A stretch of 64,000 nt of DNA. Source: a virus. Below, in pieces: positions 47,488-57,360 of this stretch. The notes under the pieces were generated by a model that was given only the letters and a program-made list of their open reading frames with translations, had not been told where the DNA came from and made no database searches. The stretch covers positions 1-64,000 of the IMG/VR virus record IMGVR_UViG_3300034107_000725, one strand, 5' to 3'. The stretch's first letter is position 1. The number at the start of each line of letters is the position of its first letter. Made by a program: the position numbers and the translations under genes.

Positions 47488-48096
47488 ATGCCGCACAAAA
47501 CGTCGATCAATCAGTTGGTGGAACATGTCTATTGTCTCAACCTGACAAGACGACCTGATCGATGGGCTATGGCTGAAGCCGAGTTTGGGAAAGCCGGTAT
47601 CACAGGCGTTGAAAAGTTTGTTGCAACAGATGGACAAAAAATGCACGCCAGCAAGCTCAAGCCAGGAGCGATGGGACTGACACACACGGTCATGCGAGTG
47701 TTTCACGACGCTGTGCAGAAGGATTATTCAAGCATCCTGATCTTGGAAGACGATGTTGAATTTGCCACAGATCTAAATGAGTCGTTGAGCTGGGCACCTG
47801 ATGACTGGGAAATATTACACTTTGGCGGCAACCACTCACGAGGCAAGCCGAAAAGGCTCAACAATAAGATTGCAGTACCTCACCAGACTTTGGCCTCGCA
47901 TGCCATTGCATTCAAAAGCTGCACGTATGCAAAACTGTTAAGTTTGCTGAACTACGAGAAACAGGTGGTGGATGTCACTTACTCTCGCAACTTGCATCAA
48001 TTCAAGAGCTACGTCTTCGTGCCGTCCATAGCGTGGCAGAAACCATCTTACAGTGATCTTGCAGAGGCGTTTGCCGACTACCCGTTCCTTAGGTAA
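47488..48096 (+). CDS. GT25-family glycosyltransferase
   Basis: YCLNLTRRPDRW, ILILEDDV, WQKPSYSD; GAGG RBS favours ATG 47488. Confidence 0.88.
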   Translation: MPHKTSINQLVEHVYCLNLTRRPDRWAMAEAEFGKAGITGVEKFVATDGQKMHASKLKPGAMGLTHTVMRVFHDAVQKDYSSILILEDDVEFATDLNESLSWAPDDWEILHFGGNHSRGKPKRLNNKIAVPHQTLASHAIAFKSCTYAKLLSLLNYEKQVVDVTYSRNLHQFKSYVFVPSIAWQKPSYSDLAEAFADYPFLR

Positions 48097-48173
48097 CAGC
48101 TGGGCTTGAGTGCAAGCCAAACGATTGTCACAATAAGAATCTAAGGTCAGTTGCCAACACAAGGAGGTGTGCG

Positions 48174-48818
48174 TTGCCATACAAATCAGAAGCTCAACGA
48201 CGCTACTTCAACGCTAATCGCGATAAGTTGGAAGCTGAAGGTGTTGACGTCGACGAATGGAACCAATCCAGTAAGGGTAAAAAAATGCCAGAAAAGACTG
48301 CAATCGAGAAGTTGGCTCGCTGTTGGAAAGGGTACGAACCAGTACCAGGCAAAGCACCCTACAGCGACGATAGCTGTCGCCCTAAAGGGTCAAAGGCTAA
48401 AAAAAAGGATGAGAAGCAGGCTTCTTTAATTCCGGATTTTAACAGTGTCCGAGGACTGGCCAAGCTAGCGGCTACCAGTGTGGCTTACAGCCTTGGAATG
48501 CCTGCGGCGTCATCGGCAATTGGTGCGGGCATGGGTTATCTTGGACATAAATTGTCTGATGCCATCCATCCTTATGAAGATGAGGATGATCGGAGACAAG
48601 CTCGTAATACCTCAATGCTGATGGGAGCGGGTGGAGGTTTGGGGCGAGGCATGTTACACGTAGCTATGCGAAATGCTAACCAAGCGTCCATGGATCCCGG
48701 AGCGTCGACATCCAAAGAGCGTCAGGCTGCGTTTGAGTTTAAGATGAGTCAGCGGGCAAAGGAAAACGCGGCAAAGGTTAATGCCGTGATGGAACGCATA
48801 AAAGCAACCGGCAAATAA
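48174..48818 (+). CDS. Modular putative virion protein with K-x-A junctions
   Basis: AAGGAGG RBS plus TTG; modules MPYKSEAQRRYF..., RCWKGYEPVPGK...SCRP and a Gly-rich hairpin, separated by EKTA/EKLA/EKQA/AKLA. Confidence 0.7.
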   Translation: MPYKSEAQRRYFNANRDKLEAEGVDVDEWNQSSKGKKMPEKTAIEKLARCWKGYEPVPGKAPYSDDSCRPKGSKAKKKDEKQASLIPDFNSVRGLAKLAATSVAYSLGMPAASSAIGAGMGYLGHKLSDAIHPYEDEDDRRQARNTSMLMGAGGGLGRGMLHVAMRNANQASMDPGASTSKERQAAFEFKMSQRAKENAAKVNAVMERIKATGK

Positions 48819-48842
48819 GTAGTTACACACAAGGATCAGATC

Positions 48843-50477
48843 ATGCCAACAGGTGAATTCTTAAAAAAGTTGCTCTTGACTGCGGGGGCACAAGCAAAGC
48901 CTCTTGCGTCAAGTGCCGCCAAGAATATCCTGCCGTCTGCTGTAGCAGGTACGGCAGGATATGCTGCAGCTCCTTCCCTGAGTGACTGGGCGGGTATTGA
49001 TACAGATATGGGCAGGAAAGTCAATCAGGCAGGTACGGCAGCAGCTTGGGCCTTGGCGGCATCACCGCAAGGGCGTATGCACATATTGACGAAAAGCAAC
49101 GTGCGGGGGTTGAACGATCTCAGTAAGTCTACTGGTAGATCTGTTAAAGAATTACTGGAGCAGGATCCAAACCTTGCTCGTAAGTTTGCTCCGATAAGGG
49201 GTCCGTTGCAAGCAGGGTTGGTAGGATCGTTACCAACAACAGCAGCCCACTACGGGGACTCATTTAGAGGATTAAAGAAAAAATTGGACTTGGCGGTTAA
49301 GACACACGCGGACGACCCAAACCTGTTTAACCCGGATTACCACGTTAATAAGCTATTTGACAAAGGTGTCAACAAGCTGCACGGTTACTTGCCGGGAGCA
49401 GGTACAGTGGCAGGCAGTGCTATCGGTAGTGGCTTAGGCGGTGGGATGGGGCGAATTATATCTAACATGCTCTTACCAGTGGGTCACGGTAATCATGATC
49501 CAATGGACGAAAAAGAATACTACCAACGACGGCGGCGTGAACGTATTCACAGTTTGGCAGGCCTGGCTGGCATGGTCGCAGGCGGTGGGCTGGGGGCACA
49601 CTTTGGTTCGCTGTATGCTCCAAATCTAGGCGAACGTATGCTTGCTAAAGCTCGACCGCTCATAGATCAGGCATACAAAACTCCGTTGCGTGATTTTGTT
49701 AGCGAGCAGACAAGTATGCCAAAGCTCCCGGACATGTCTCGGCTTGCTGGTTTAAGCAAGGCTAGCTCAATACGGGAACTGGCAGTTAAAGCCGCTTTCG
49801 ACACTGCGACAATCAAGGATAAGGCGACTCGCCTGGGAAAATCTGTATGGGGCCACACCAAGGATACGGGCAGATATCTTGCTGATATGCCCACACCGCA
49901 AGCTATGGTGGTTGGCTCCGGATTAGGTAGTGGTTTAGGTTACCTGCGACACTCGGTGCGAGAGTTGATAGACCCTGCGGAGAAAGAAGAGGATCGAAAG
50001 ATTCGGCGTAATGCCGCAATGATCAACGGTGCTATGTTTGGCGGCGGTGCTGTGTTAGCCCGCACCGGGATCAATCGATTTAGGGATTATAATAGTGAAA
50101 TGAGTAAGCTCAATGAGCAAGAAGCTAAGCTGGACAGCAGTTTGGCTGATTCAAACGCAAAAAGCATAGCAAAGCAAAAAGCCATGAAGTATCTTGAATC
50201 ACGCAGAGGTCAGCGGGAGTTGGCGGAGCACGAACGACCTTGGTCAATTAATTTTAATCGAGTTAAGCCAACAGCTTGGCCAAAAGAGGCTCTCAAAGCT
50301 ATAGCACCTTACAGCCCAGAGGCACAAGGATATGCCAATTGGTTGCAGGAACACTGGTGGAACGAGTCTGATCCAAACAAGTCCAAACTTGCGTTAGCTC
50401 TACAGGCCCTCGGCAGCGACAAACCAAAATCACCCGGGGCAAAGACAGAACCAGTCATGACCATGGGTGCAAAGTAA
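48843..50477 (+). CDS. Gly/Ala-rich putative internal virion / membrane-inserting protein
   Basis: Several glycine-zipper-like hydrophobic helices; SKASS..LAVKAAF junction. Confidence 0.65.
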   Translation: MPTGEFLKKLLLTAGAQAKPLASSAAKNILPSAVAGTAGYAAAPSLSDWAGIDTDMGRKVNQAGTAAAWALAASPQGRMHILTKSNVRGLNDLSKSTGRSVKELLEQDPNLARKFAPIRGPLQAGLVGSLPTTAAHYGDSFRGLKKKLDLAVKTHADDPNLFNPDYHVNKLFDKGVNKLHGYLPGAGTVAGSAIGSGLGGGMGRIISNMLLPVGHGNHDPMDEKEYYQRRRRERIHSLAGLAGMVAGGGLGAHFGSLYAPNLGERMLAKARPLIDQAYKTPLRDFVSEQTSMPKLPDMSRLAGLSKASSIRELAVKAAFDTATIKDKATRLGKSVWGHTKDTGRYLADMPTPQAMVVGSGLGSGLGYLRHSVRELIDPAEKEEDRKIRRNAAMINGAMFGGGAVLARTGINRFRDYNSEMSKLNEQEAKLDSSLADSNAKSIAKQKAMKYLESRRGQRELAEHERPWSINFNRVKPTAWPKEALKAIAPYSPEAQGYANWLQEHWWNESDPNKSKLALALQALGSDKPKSPGAKTEPVMTMGAK

Positions 50478-50482
50478 CACTG

Positions 50483-50800
50483 TTGAAGTACTTTGAGTTC
50501 AAACCCATATCGATTCTGATGCTCGCCTTGTTTTCAAGCCCGTGTGGGCTGATTCTCCGAGCTTATCTACCGATTACCGCCTGGGTGTTGATCATGGGCG
50601 GTGTTTTCTTTGGTACATGGATTTCTGTGGTGGGTGATGGCTGGTTGCAGTATGTGTTATGCTCCGGCTGGTTCTGTCTGGGTTACGCTCTTTCAACCAA
50701 TGCTCCGGAGATTCACTATGCTAAGACCAACGCTTCACGAGCTGGGTATCCATCACCACACCGACAAAGCCGTTTATCACCTGTTCACCGTGATCTATGA
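50483..50800 (+). CDS. Small membrane protein
   Basis: Hydrophobic segments; TTG start and 83-nt overlap with the next gene make it uncertain. Confidence 0.4.
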   Translation: MKYFEFKPISILMLALFSSPCGLILRAYLPITAWVLIMGGVFFGTWISVVGDGWLQYVLCSGWFCLGYALSTNAPEIHYAKTNASRAGYPSPHRQSRLSPVHRDL

Positions 50801-51356
50801 CACGTGGTTTTCAAAGATAAGAGACGAGCAGATTCGTTTGTTGGAGATAGGTGTTTTGATCGGCGGCTCGCTACGCATGTGGGAAGAGTACTTTCCAGGT
50901 GCTGAGATTCACGGAGTAGATATTGACGACAGGACAGAACATGCAACCTCCCGCATCTCTGTTTACCGTGCGGATCAAACCAAGATAGAAGATCTAGAGG
51001 CACTACCTCGAGATTGTCACATCATCGTTGACGACGGTGGCCATACGATGCTGCAACAGCAGATAACACTCAACACGTTGTTTGACAGTCATCTCCTACC
51101 GGGCGGCACCTACGTTCTTGAAGATCTGCACACCTCTGACGTGGAACACTATCCGAAGTGGGCAGCCTACGGTTCAAACATGAGAAACAACACACTAAAG
51201 CTGCTGGAAGATTTGCAACGAGGCGTACTTTCAGAGAATAATGAGTATTACATCAGTGGTGCTGATTTCTGTCGATTAAGGGATCAGATCGCTTTTATTG
51301 AGATCGTAAGGGTCAAAGCGGACTCAGTCACGTCACGCATCGTCAAGAAGACATGA
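50718..51356 (+). CDS. Class I SAM-dependent methyltransferase
   Basis: TDK, LLEIGV..GGSL, GVDID, IIVDDGGH, YVLEDLH; GGAG RBS favours ATG 50718. Confidence 0.88.
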   Translation: MLRPTLHELGIHHHTDKAVYHLFTVIYDTWFSKIRDEQIRLLEIGVLIGGSLRMWEEYFPGAEIHGVDIDDRTEHATSRISVYRADQTKIEDLEALPRDCHIIVDDGGHTMLQQQITLNTLFDSHLLPGGTYVLEDLHTSDVEHYPKWAAYGSNMRNNTLKLLEDLQRGVLSENNEYYISGADFCRLRDQIAFIEIVRVKADSVTSRIVKKT

Positions 51357-53428
51357 ACCCTATGCCCACACTGCAAGACTTAGCCAAGGTAGCCGCACTC
51401 CGAAGTGAGGTGACGCTGCAACCACACCAGCAGAAGGTAGTCGACCGCATCAACAGCGGCGATAAACGCCTTCTGCTTTATCACGGACTGGGAAGTGGTA
51501 AGAGTCTTTCGTCATTGGCTGCCGCTGAGGCTGCTGGTGACGATTACGACGTTGTGGTCCCTGCAGCTCTGCGGCCAAACTACCAGAAGGAAGTTGCCAA
51601 GTTTACAGAAGGCTCAAACCCAGAGGTTCTGAGCTACACCGGGATTGGTGCAGGCAAGACATTCCAGACATCACCCAAGACAATCATCTTTGACGAAGCC
51701 CACAGACTTCGTAACCCGGGCACAGCGAGCACACAGGCTGCGACAGAGTTGGCCAATGAAGCGGAGAACCTTCTGCTCCTGACAGGCACACCGATCACCA
51801 ACTCACCGACAGATCTGGCACCACTGCTCTCGATGCTTCGCAAAGAGAAGATCACACCAGAGCAGTTTGAGCGAAACTACATTGGACACCGCAAGGTCTA
51901 TCCAACCTGGCTCAGTCGTCTGACAGGACGAGGCGTAGGTGAAGAAGCCTATGTCAAGAATGAAGACAATTTGCGGGAACAGCTCAAAGGCCTGATCGAC
52001 TATCAGCCCAGCAAGACACCGGAAGGCGTAAACGTCAACGAAGAAACGGTACGGGTGCCGCTGAGTCGAGGACAGTCACGCATACAGCAGGCGGTGAGGG
52101 ATAAGATCCCGCCAGAGTATGCCTGGAAGTTGGACAAAGAGTATCCGCTCACTCGAGAAGAGTTGAGTCGGATGAACTCGTTTCTGACGGGACTACGGCA
52201 GTCAAGCCTCTCGACTCAACCCTTTCGCGGTGATCGTGACCCACTCAACGCGTTTGACGAATCAAGCAAACTCCAAAAGGCGTTTGGAGATTTGCAAGAA
52301 ACACTGAAGACAGATCCACGTAAAAAAGCCTTGGTGTATTCCAACTACATCGACGCAGGCCTGGGTCCATATGCAGCAGCTCTTCAGCGAGCCAAGATCC
52401 CGTATGGCATGTATCACGGCAGCATGCCAGTTGAGGAACGTAAAAAAGCTCTTCAAGACTATAACGAAGGAACACTGAAAGCTCTGCTGCTTGGCCCAGC
52501 CGCTGCGGAAGGCATCAGCACACAAGGCACAAGTTTGATTCAGCTGCTTGATCCTCACTGGCATGAGTCACGAGGACGACAAGCCGAAGGACGTGGGCTG
52601 CGATTCGACTCACACGAAGGCTTACCATCTGAGCTGAAAAACGTAGCGATAAAGCGTTATCTATCGGAAAGTCAGGATCCGTCCTTTATAATGTCACTTC
52701 TTGGTGCACGAAGACAACGCACAGGTGACGAGATCTTAGAACGGCTGGCTGCTAATAAAGAGCAGCTCAATAATCAGTTTCGTAAGATCCTTCAGGAGGA
52801 AGGCAGTTCGATGAATAAGCAATCGTCCCACCGCAGGAATGTTCCAATCGGTATTGCCTATGACCCAGAGATGCACGCGGCGTTGATTCGCTGGGAAAAT
52901 GCCAAAAGCAAGCGGTTGTCACCCGGATTGCAGCGACAAGTGCAGGCAAACCTGGGTTGGACAGGCAAACAAGTGGCGGACGACCTGGATCTTGTTGAGT
53001 TGTTGATGGAGCAGGAAGACGCCAAAGAACAAAGCATGAAAGCCACTGGCCCGATACAGGCGTTGGCCAAGATGGCTGCATGCGGCGACACATGCAGATG
53101 CGGGCAGACTGAGAACGAATGCACCTGCTCTGACGTTGAGAAGCTGGCACGCCTGGTCGCCAAACAGGCTTCCGGTGGAGCCTGGACACGAGCGGAGGGT
53201 AAGAGCGAGTCAGGCGGTCTCAACGCCAAAGGACGAGCCAGCCTCAAAGCTCAGGGACAGAACATCAAACCACCAGTGACCGAAGACAAACCTACGGGCG
53301 AGCGAGCTGGGCGTAAGTCCAGCTTTTGTGCTCGTATGGGTGGCATGAAGAAAAAGCTGACCAGCTCAGAGACTGCCAATGATCCAGATAGCCGTATCAA
53401 CAAAGCACTGAGAAAATGGAATTGCTGA
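51353..53428 (+). CDS. SNF2-family helicase fused to a C-terminal DUF6321-like module
   Basis: HGLGSGKS, IFDEAH, LTGTP, AAAEGIS, QAEGRGLR; C-terminal AWTRAEGK..GGLNAKGR..SFCARM..SRINKALRKWNC. Confidence 0.88.
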   Translation: MNPMPTLQDLAKVAALRSEVTLQPHQQKVVDRINSGDKRLLLYHGLGSGKSLSSLAAAEAAGDDYDVVVPAALRPNYQKEVAKFTEGSNPEVLSYTGIGAGKTFQTSPKTIIFDEAHRLRNPGTASTQAATELANEAENLLLLTGTPITNSPTDLAPLLSMLRKEKITPEQFERNYIGHRKVYPTWLSRLTGRGVGEEAYVKNEDNLREQLKGLIDYQPSKTPEGVNVNEETVRVPLSRGQSRIQQAVRDKIPPEYAWKLDKEYPLTREELSRMNSFLTGLRQSSLSTQPFRGDRDPLNAFDESSKLQKAFGDLQETLKTDPRKKALVYSNYIDAGLGPYAAALQRAKIPYGMYHGSMPVEERKKALQDYNEGTLKALLLGPAAAEGISTQGTSLIQLLDPHWHESRGRQAEGRGLRFDSHEGLPSELKNVAIKRYLSESQDPSFIMSLLGARRQRTGDEILERLAANKEQLNNQFRKILQEEGSSMNKQSSHRRNVPIGIAYDPEMHAALIRWENAKSKRLSPGLQRQVQANLGWTGKQVADDLDLVELLMEQEDAKEQSMKATGPIQALAKMAACGDTCRCGQTENECTCSDVEKLARLVAKQASGGAWTRAEGKSESGGLNAKGRASLKAQGQNIKPPVTEDKPTGERAGRKSSFCARMGGMKKKLTSSETANDPDSRINKALRKWNC

Positions 53429-53466
53429 GTGCTTTTTCTCAACCCTCAACTCGTTAGGAGACTCTT

Positions 53467-53967
53467 GTGAAGCAAGCCGCTGACACTGGCCCACAAAGCA
53501 TGCTGCAAAATCTGGTTTTTAACTGCATCGACCTGAGCTTGCTGTTCAAGCATTGCCACTGGAATGTCAGAGGCGTGATGTTTAAACCACTACACGACTT
53601 TCTTCAAACGGTCTACGAAACTCTGTCTGACATCACTGATGACGTGGCCGAGCGTCAGGTGATTATGGGTACTCCGTCCAGCGGCCTGATAGCTGGAGTT
53701 GTAGCCCAGACAGCCATGGATCCTTTACCGGTCAAATTCCTCTCTCCTGAGGAAATTGTTAACGAATTGACCGACCGGCTTACTCAGCTGGTTGAGCAGT
53801 TCAACGACGCGATACGTACTGAACAGAATCCAGTCACCGGCAATATGCTTCAGGACATGACTGCAAGACTTGAGAAACATTTATGGATGCTTCGAAGTCA
53901 AAAGGCAGAGGTTGAGTATGCCACCAAGGTGGCCCTAGCTCGAGCTGCAGTCCATTTACGAGGTTAA
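53467..53967 (+). CDS. dps: Dps-family ferritin-like protein
   Basis: HWNVRG, LHDF, DDVAER ferroxidase-site motifs; EKHLWML; AGGAG RBS plus GTG. Confidence 0.9.
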   Translation: MKQAADTGPQSMLQNLVFNCIDLSLLFKHCHWNVRGVMFKPLHDFLQTVYETLSDITDDVAERQVIMGTPSSGLIAGVVAQTAMDPLPVKFLSPEEIVNELTDRLTQLVEQFNDAIRTEQNPVTGNMLQDMTARLEKHLWMLRSQKAEVEYATKVALARAAVHLRG

Positions 53968-53983
53968 ATTCCGTTGACAATTC

Positions 53984-54009
53984 CCCAGGAGGGAACGCCA
54001 TAATGCCAC
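53984..54009 (+). repeat. 26-bp direct repeat copy 1 (RBS plus start)
   Basis: cccaggagggaacgccataatgccac; 25/26 identical to 54875-54900. Confidence 0.9.
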
Positions 54010-56594
54010 CGCCAACCAAATATGGACCAAACACTCCGGCAAGTCCAGTTGCACCGGCTCCCACACCAGTCGCACCCATTCCGGCAAGTCCAGTTGCACC
54101 AGCAGCCACACGTGTTGCACCAGCAGCCACACCAGTCGCACCCATTCAGCACCGGCCAGCCATAGTACGTAGCACGCCGCAAGGTCTGGTTGCTTCGTTG
54201 GCGGATCAACTGCCTTTAGGGTATAAAAATGAAGCTCAGGCGGCGGCCTCCGCTTATCGGAAGCTCAACCCAAAATTAAATTGGCCTTCGGATATCTCAC
54301 ATCGGGCACTCAATCGGCAAGTTCCGGTGAATTACGTGTCAGAGTTTGATGATCCAAGTACTAACGGACAATACCAACCGGCCACAGATCAAATATCTTT
54401 GCGGGCAGGGCTTAAGCCAAAAGCCATGGGAACGACATTGCAGCACGAGTTGACACACGCAACGCAGTTCCAGGGCAATATACCTGTACAACGCAGTTCG
54501 ACTACGCAGCCTATGCTTCAAAAGACGATGGAGAGCCAAAACTACGATCCTGCTACGGCTAGATCGTATTCAAGCTATATGACGGATCCAACAGAACAAG
54601 AGGCTTTCTTGGCGGGGCTTAAGCGAAATCACTATGTACAAACGGGTAAGCATATACGAACTAAAGATGAAGCTCGAAAAATGCTAATGGACTTGCCAAA
54701 CACACCCGAAAATAAGGATCAAGAGGCGTCTATGGGTACTTTGCTTAGGGCTCCGCAACTAAACAATACACCCGAAGGTGCAGCGGCCAAGGCTCAGTGG
54801 ATTGAGTCGCTCAGTAAAATGCTACCCGGACTGGTCCAAGGTAACTCACTAACTCTCGGCAAGACCGCAAACTTCCCAGGAGGGAACGCCATGATGCCAC
54901 AAGCAGCTCCAAACGGTTTCAACCCAAATGTCTTTAGTCACAACAACTTCTCCGGGACTTTCCCGATGAGTCAGGCTTTGCCCGCTAAACCGAACCCACT
55001 GTCCGCAGCACCACAAATGGGTGGTGTGAAAGCTGATGCCAATGGCATTCAGGCTGCGATGGCCAAGCGAGGCTCGCAGGATAACAGTGCTCCTCGTTGT
55101 TCATCCGCTGGTGAGAGTAAGGGTGTTGGTTACAAGATGGATGATGAAGGTCACACGACTGGTGGCAGTGCGTTTAGCACACTTGACAAATACATGAAGA
55201 AAGCTGGGCTTAATAGCTTTCAAACTCAGTTTTTCGGGCGTCTAATTCAGTCTGGCATGAATGAAGCTCAGCTACATCATGCGGTTAAACAAGCTCAAAT
55301 TCAGTTTGGCGAAAAGGTTGCCAGCGAACTGGTTGACGGATTGGAAAAGCTGGCGGTTACACCTTTCTCAGGTGCGGGTCGTCTGGCAAGAGAATTTGGC
55401 ACTGATTTGCTTAACACAGGAACGCGATATGCCGGTAATGCGATTAACGGTATTGGCGGGTTTGCCAGAGGTTTAGTGGGCAAGAAAGTTGCTCCCGGAG
55501 CGTCCGAGATAGGAGCCATGGCACAGCAGGCAGGACGTAAAGCAAAAACGCTCGGTCGTAAGTATGTGATAAATCAGGACGTGGGTACAGGCATGGCAAC
55601 CGGTGCCTTTAACCCGTACACCAGTACGCTATACGACGAACAGGGAAATCTGGACTTAGCCACTACGGCTCGCAATGCAGCCCTTGGTGGATTGGCTGGC
55701 GGTGTTGTGAAGCAAACTCCACTAAGGTGGAACGCAAGACAACGCCAGGAGCAGCTGATGGCAGGCAGCGGTATTGGGCTTGCTGGAGGACATTTGGCAA
55801 ACGCGTTAGGTGCCGATGTTGATCCGACGCGAGCGGCTCAAATTGGAGGTGCTGCGGGTTTACTTCCTCGCAACATCAGAGGCAGGAACATGTCAAAAGT
55901 TATGCCAAAATTTGATCCTACGGACATCGGTGCCCAGGCAAAGAATGTAAGGGCAGCTGGCCGTTACGCTCGTGACGCAGCTAAAAACGCTCCGGAAGGT
56001 AGTTTGGCAAAGGCTACAATGATTGGCGGCGGTTTGGGGCTGGGCGTAGGTATGCCTATGGCAACTTATGCAGGGCTTTCCCAGATGGGGACCAACGCAG
56101 GAAATGCAGCCATGCAGCAGCCTGAAGTGCAATCAACTCTAAAAAGGTTAAATGCTACACAACAACAGGTGCAGCAAGTTGCAGACAAGGTAAACCGGTT
56201 TGCCGCCCCGTTTCAGGATGACAAAGGCCAGTTCGATCTCATGGGCGGGCTTAGACGCCAGCTCGGTTTAGGCGAAGGCGGCACTGGGTTGGGTGCTGTG
56301 GGTGACTACTTGCGACAAAATCCACAGCTGGCCTCTGCCGGTTTGTTGAGCTTGTTGGGCATGGGTACTGGTTACATGGCTGGCGGTGGGCGTGGTGCGG
56401 CTTTGGGCGGCCTGTCTGCTCCTTTGCTAAACTACTTGGTGCAGTCACAACTTGGCGGAAATACCGCACCTGACATAGCTGGTACAAACCAAGCCGCAGC
56501 TCCTGCGGCTTCAGCAACTCCCGGCGTAGGTGAGTTTGACAGGAATCGGGAGAATGAAATCGTACAGCAACAACTCGGCTATAGTCCTAACTAA
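54003..56594 (+). CDS. Large modular putative virion protein: Pro/Ala repeats, HExxH zincin-like domain, Gly/Ala-rich C-terminal region
   Basis: PASPVAPA repeats; LQHELTHATQ plus downstream EQEA; KTAN/KKAG/EKLA junctions; in-frame internal start near 54891. Confidence 0.75.
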   Translation: MPPPTKYGPNTPASPVAPAPTPVAPIPASPVAPAATRVAPAATPVAPIQHRPAIVRSTPQGLVASLADQLPLGYKNEAQAAASAYRKLNPKLNWPSDISHRALNRQVPVNYVSEFDDPSTNGQYQPATDQISLRAGLKPKAMGTTLQHELTHATQFQGNIPVQRSSTTQPMLQKTMESQNYDPATARSYSSYMTDPTEQEAFLAGLKRNHYVQTGKHIRTKDEARKMLMDLPNTPENKDQEASMGTLLRAPQLNNTPEGAAAKAQWIESLSKMLPGLVQGNSLTLGKTANFPGGNAMMPQAAPNGFNPNVFSHNNFSGTFPMSQALPAKPNPLSAAPQMGGVKADANGIQAAMAKRGSQDNSAPRCSSAGESKGVGYKMDDEGHTTGGSAFSTLDKYMKKAGLNSFQTQFFGRLIQSGMNEAQLHHAVKQAQIQFGEKVASELVDGLEKLAVTPFSGAGRLAREFGTDLLNTGTRYAGNAINGIGGFARGLVGKKVAPGASEIGAMAQQAGRKAKTLGRKYVINQDVGTGMATGAFNPYTSTLYDEQGNLDLATTARNAALGGLAGGVVKQTPLRWNARQRQEQLMAGSGIGLAGGHLANALGADVDPTRAAQIGGAAGLLPRNIRGRNMSKVMPKFDPTDIGAQAKNVRAAGRYARDAAKNAPEGSLAKATMIGGGLGLGVGMPMATYAGLSQMGTNAGNAAMQQPEVQSTLKRLNATQQQVQQVADKVNRFAAPFQDDKGQFDLMGGLRRQLGLGEGGTGLGAVGDYLRQNPQLASAGLLSLLGMGTGYMAGGGRGAALGGLSAPLLNYLVQSQLGGNTAPDIAGTNQAAAPAASATPGVGEFDRNRENEIVQQQLGYSPN
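54035..54147 (+). repeat. Imperfect tandem repeats encoding a Pro/Ala linker
   Basis: tccggcaagtccagttgcacc at 54035 and 54080; ccacaccagtcgcacccattc at 54061 and 54127. Confidence 0.85.
54875..54900 (+). repeat. 26-bp direct repeat copy 2 (internal RBS plus in-frame ATG ATG)
   Basis: cccaggagggaacgccatgatgccac. Confidence 0.9.
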
Positions 56595-56617
56595 AGAAGT
56601 ATCCAGGAGACACAACG

Positions 56618-57295
56618 ATGCTTGAGCTACCAACCGTCACAGCAATCTGCTACGAAGGCAGTCGGCTGAGTCCTGACCAGATTAAGTACTATGAATTAAT
56701 GCTGCGGCATGTGAATAGGACTGTCCGGTTCAACTCTATCAAGTTTTTTGCTCACACTCCCCACCAGTTTGAAGGAGTTGAGCAGATTGCCGTGCCGCAT
56801 ACTAGCCGAGCCGACTACAGTCAATGGTGCATTCATAACTTGGGAACATACTTTGACACGGAACACGTGTTAATTTTTCAGTGGGATGGTTATCCGCTGA
56901 ACCCACACCTGTGGACTGATGAATTTTTACAGTATGACTACATTGGAGCCCCTTGGTCCTGGAAGCAGCACCATAGATTTCGCCGATCAAACCCAGAGCA
57001 CCTGGTTGGTAACGGGGGTTTCAGTCTTCGCAGCCGTAAGCTATATCAAGAGCTTTTAAAGCACCCTGTAAGCAAAGAAAACGAGGATCTCTACATCTGC
57101 TGCGATTTGCGACCAAAACTAGAGGCCAACGGAGTCAAGTTTGCACCGATGGACGTAGCCAAGCGGTTTGCCGTTGAGGTGCAGCTTTCCCCTGAGCACA
57201 CGATAACAAATACTTTTGGGTTTCACGGTGGGCATAAAAGCTGGGTCGAAGCCATACCATCATACCCACAGTATGCGAACAACTTCCTGCCGTGA
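56618..57295 (+). CDS. DUF5672-family glycosyltransferase-like protein
   Basis: IFQWDG, YDYIGAPW, VGNGGFSLRS, NED, FAVE, FGFH. Confidence 0.85.
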   Translation: MLELPTVTAICYEGSRLSPDQIKYYELMLRHVNRTVRFNSIKFFAHTPHQFEGVEQIAVPHTSRADYSQWCIHNLGTYFDTEHVLIFQWDGYPLNPHLWTDEFLQYDYIGAPWSWKQHHRFRRSNPEHLVGNGGFSLRSRKLYQELLKHPVSKENEDLYICCDLRPKLEANGVKFAPMDVAKRFAVEVQLSPEHTITNTFGFHGGHKSWVEAIPSYPQYANNFLP

Positions 57296-57360
57296 GTAAA
57301 ATCGCAGCTTATTTCAGATTTCATGGTGGACATGGAAGTCGGATTGAGGCTATAAATACG

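Noticed and set aside
53974-54004. Sigma70 promoter TTGACA...CATAAT
   Set aside because: The spacing is 19 bp and the -10 overlaps the start codon, so the transcript would exclude the RBS.
53964-54209. Cys/Trp-rich minus-strand ORF (CDWCGCWCNTC...) resembling a metallothionein
   Set aside because: It is the antisense shadow of the Pro/Ala tandem repeats of the + strand gene (CCA/GCA codons read as TGG/TGC); no independent RBS support.
57351-57358. T4-type late promoter TATAAATA as a system-wide signal
   Set aside because: I noticed only one copy; a single 8-mer is expected by chance in 64 kb.
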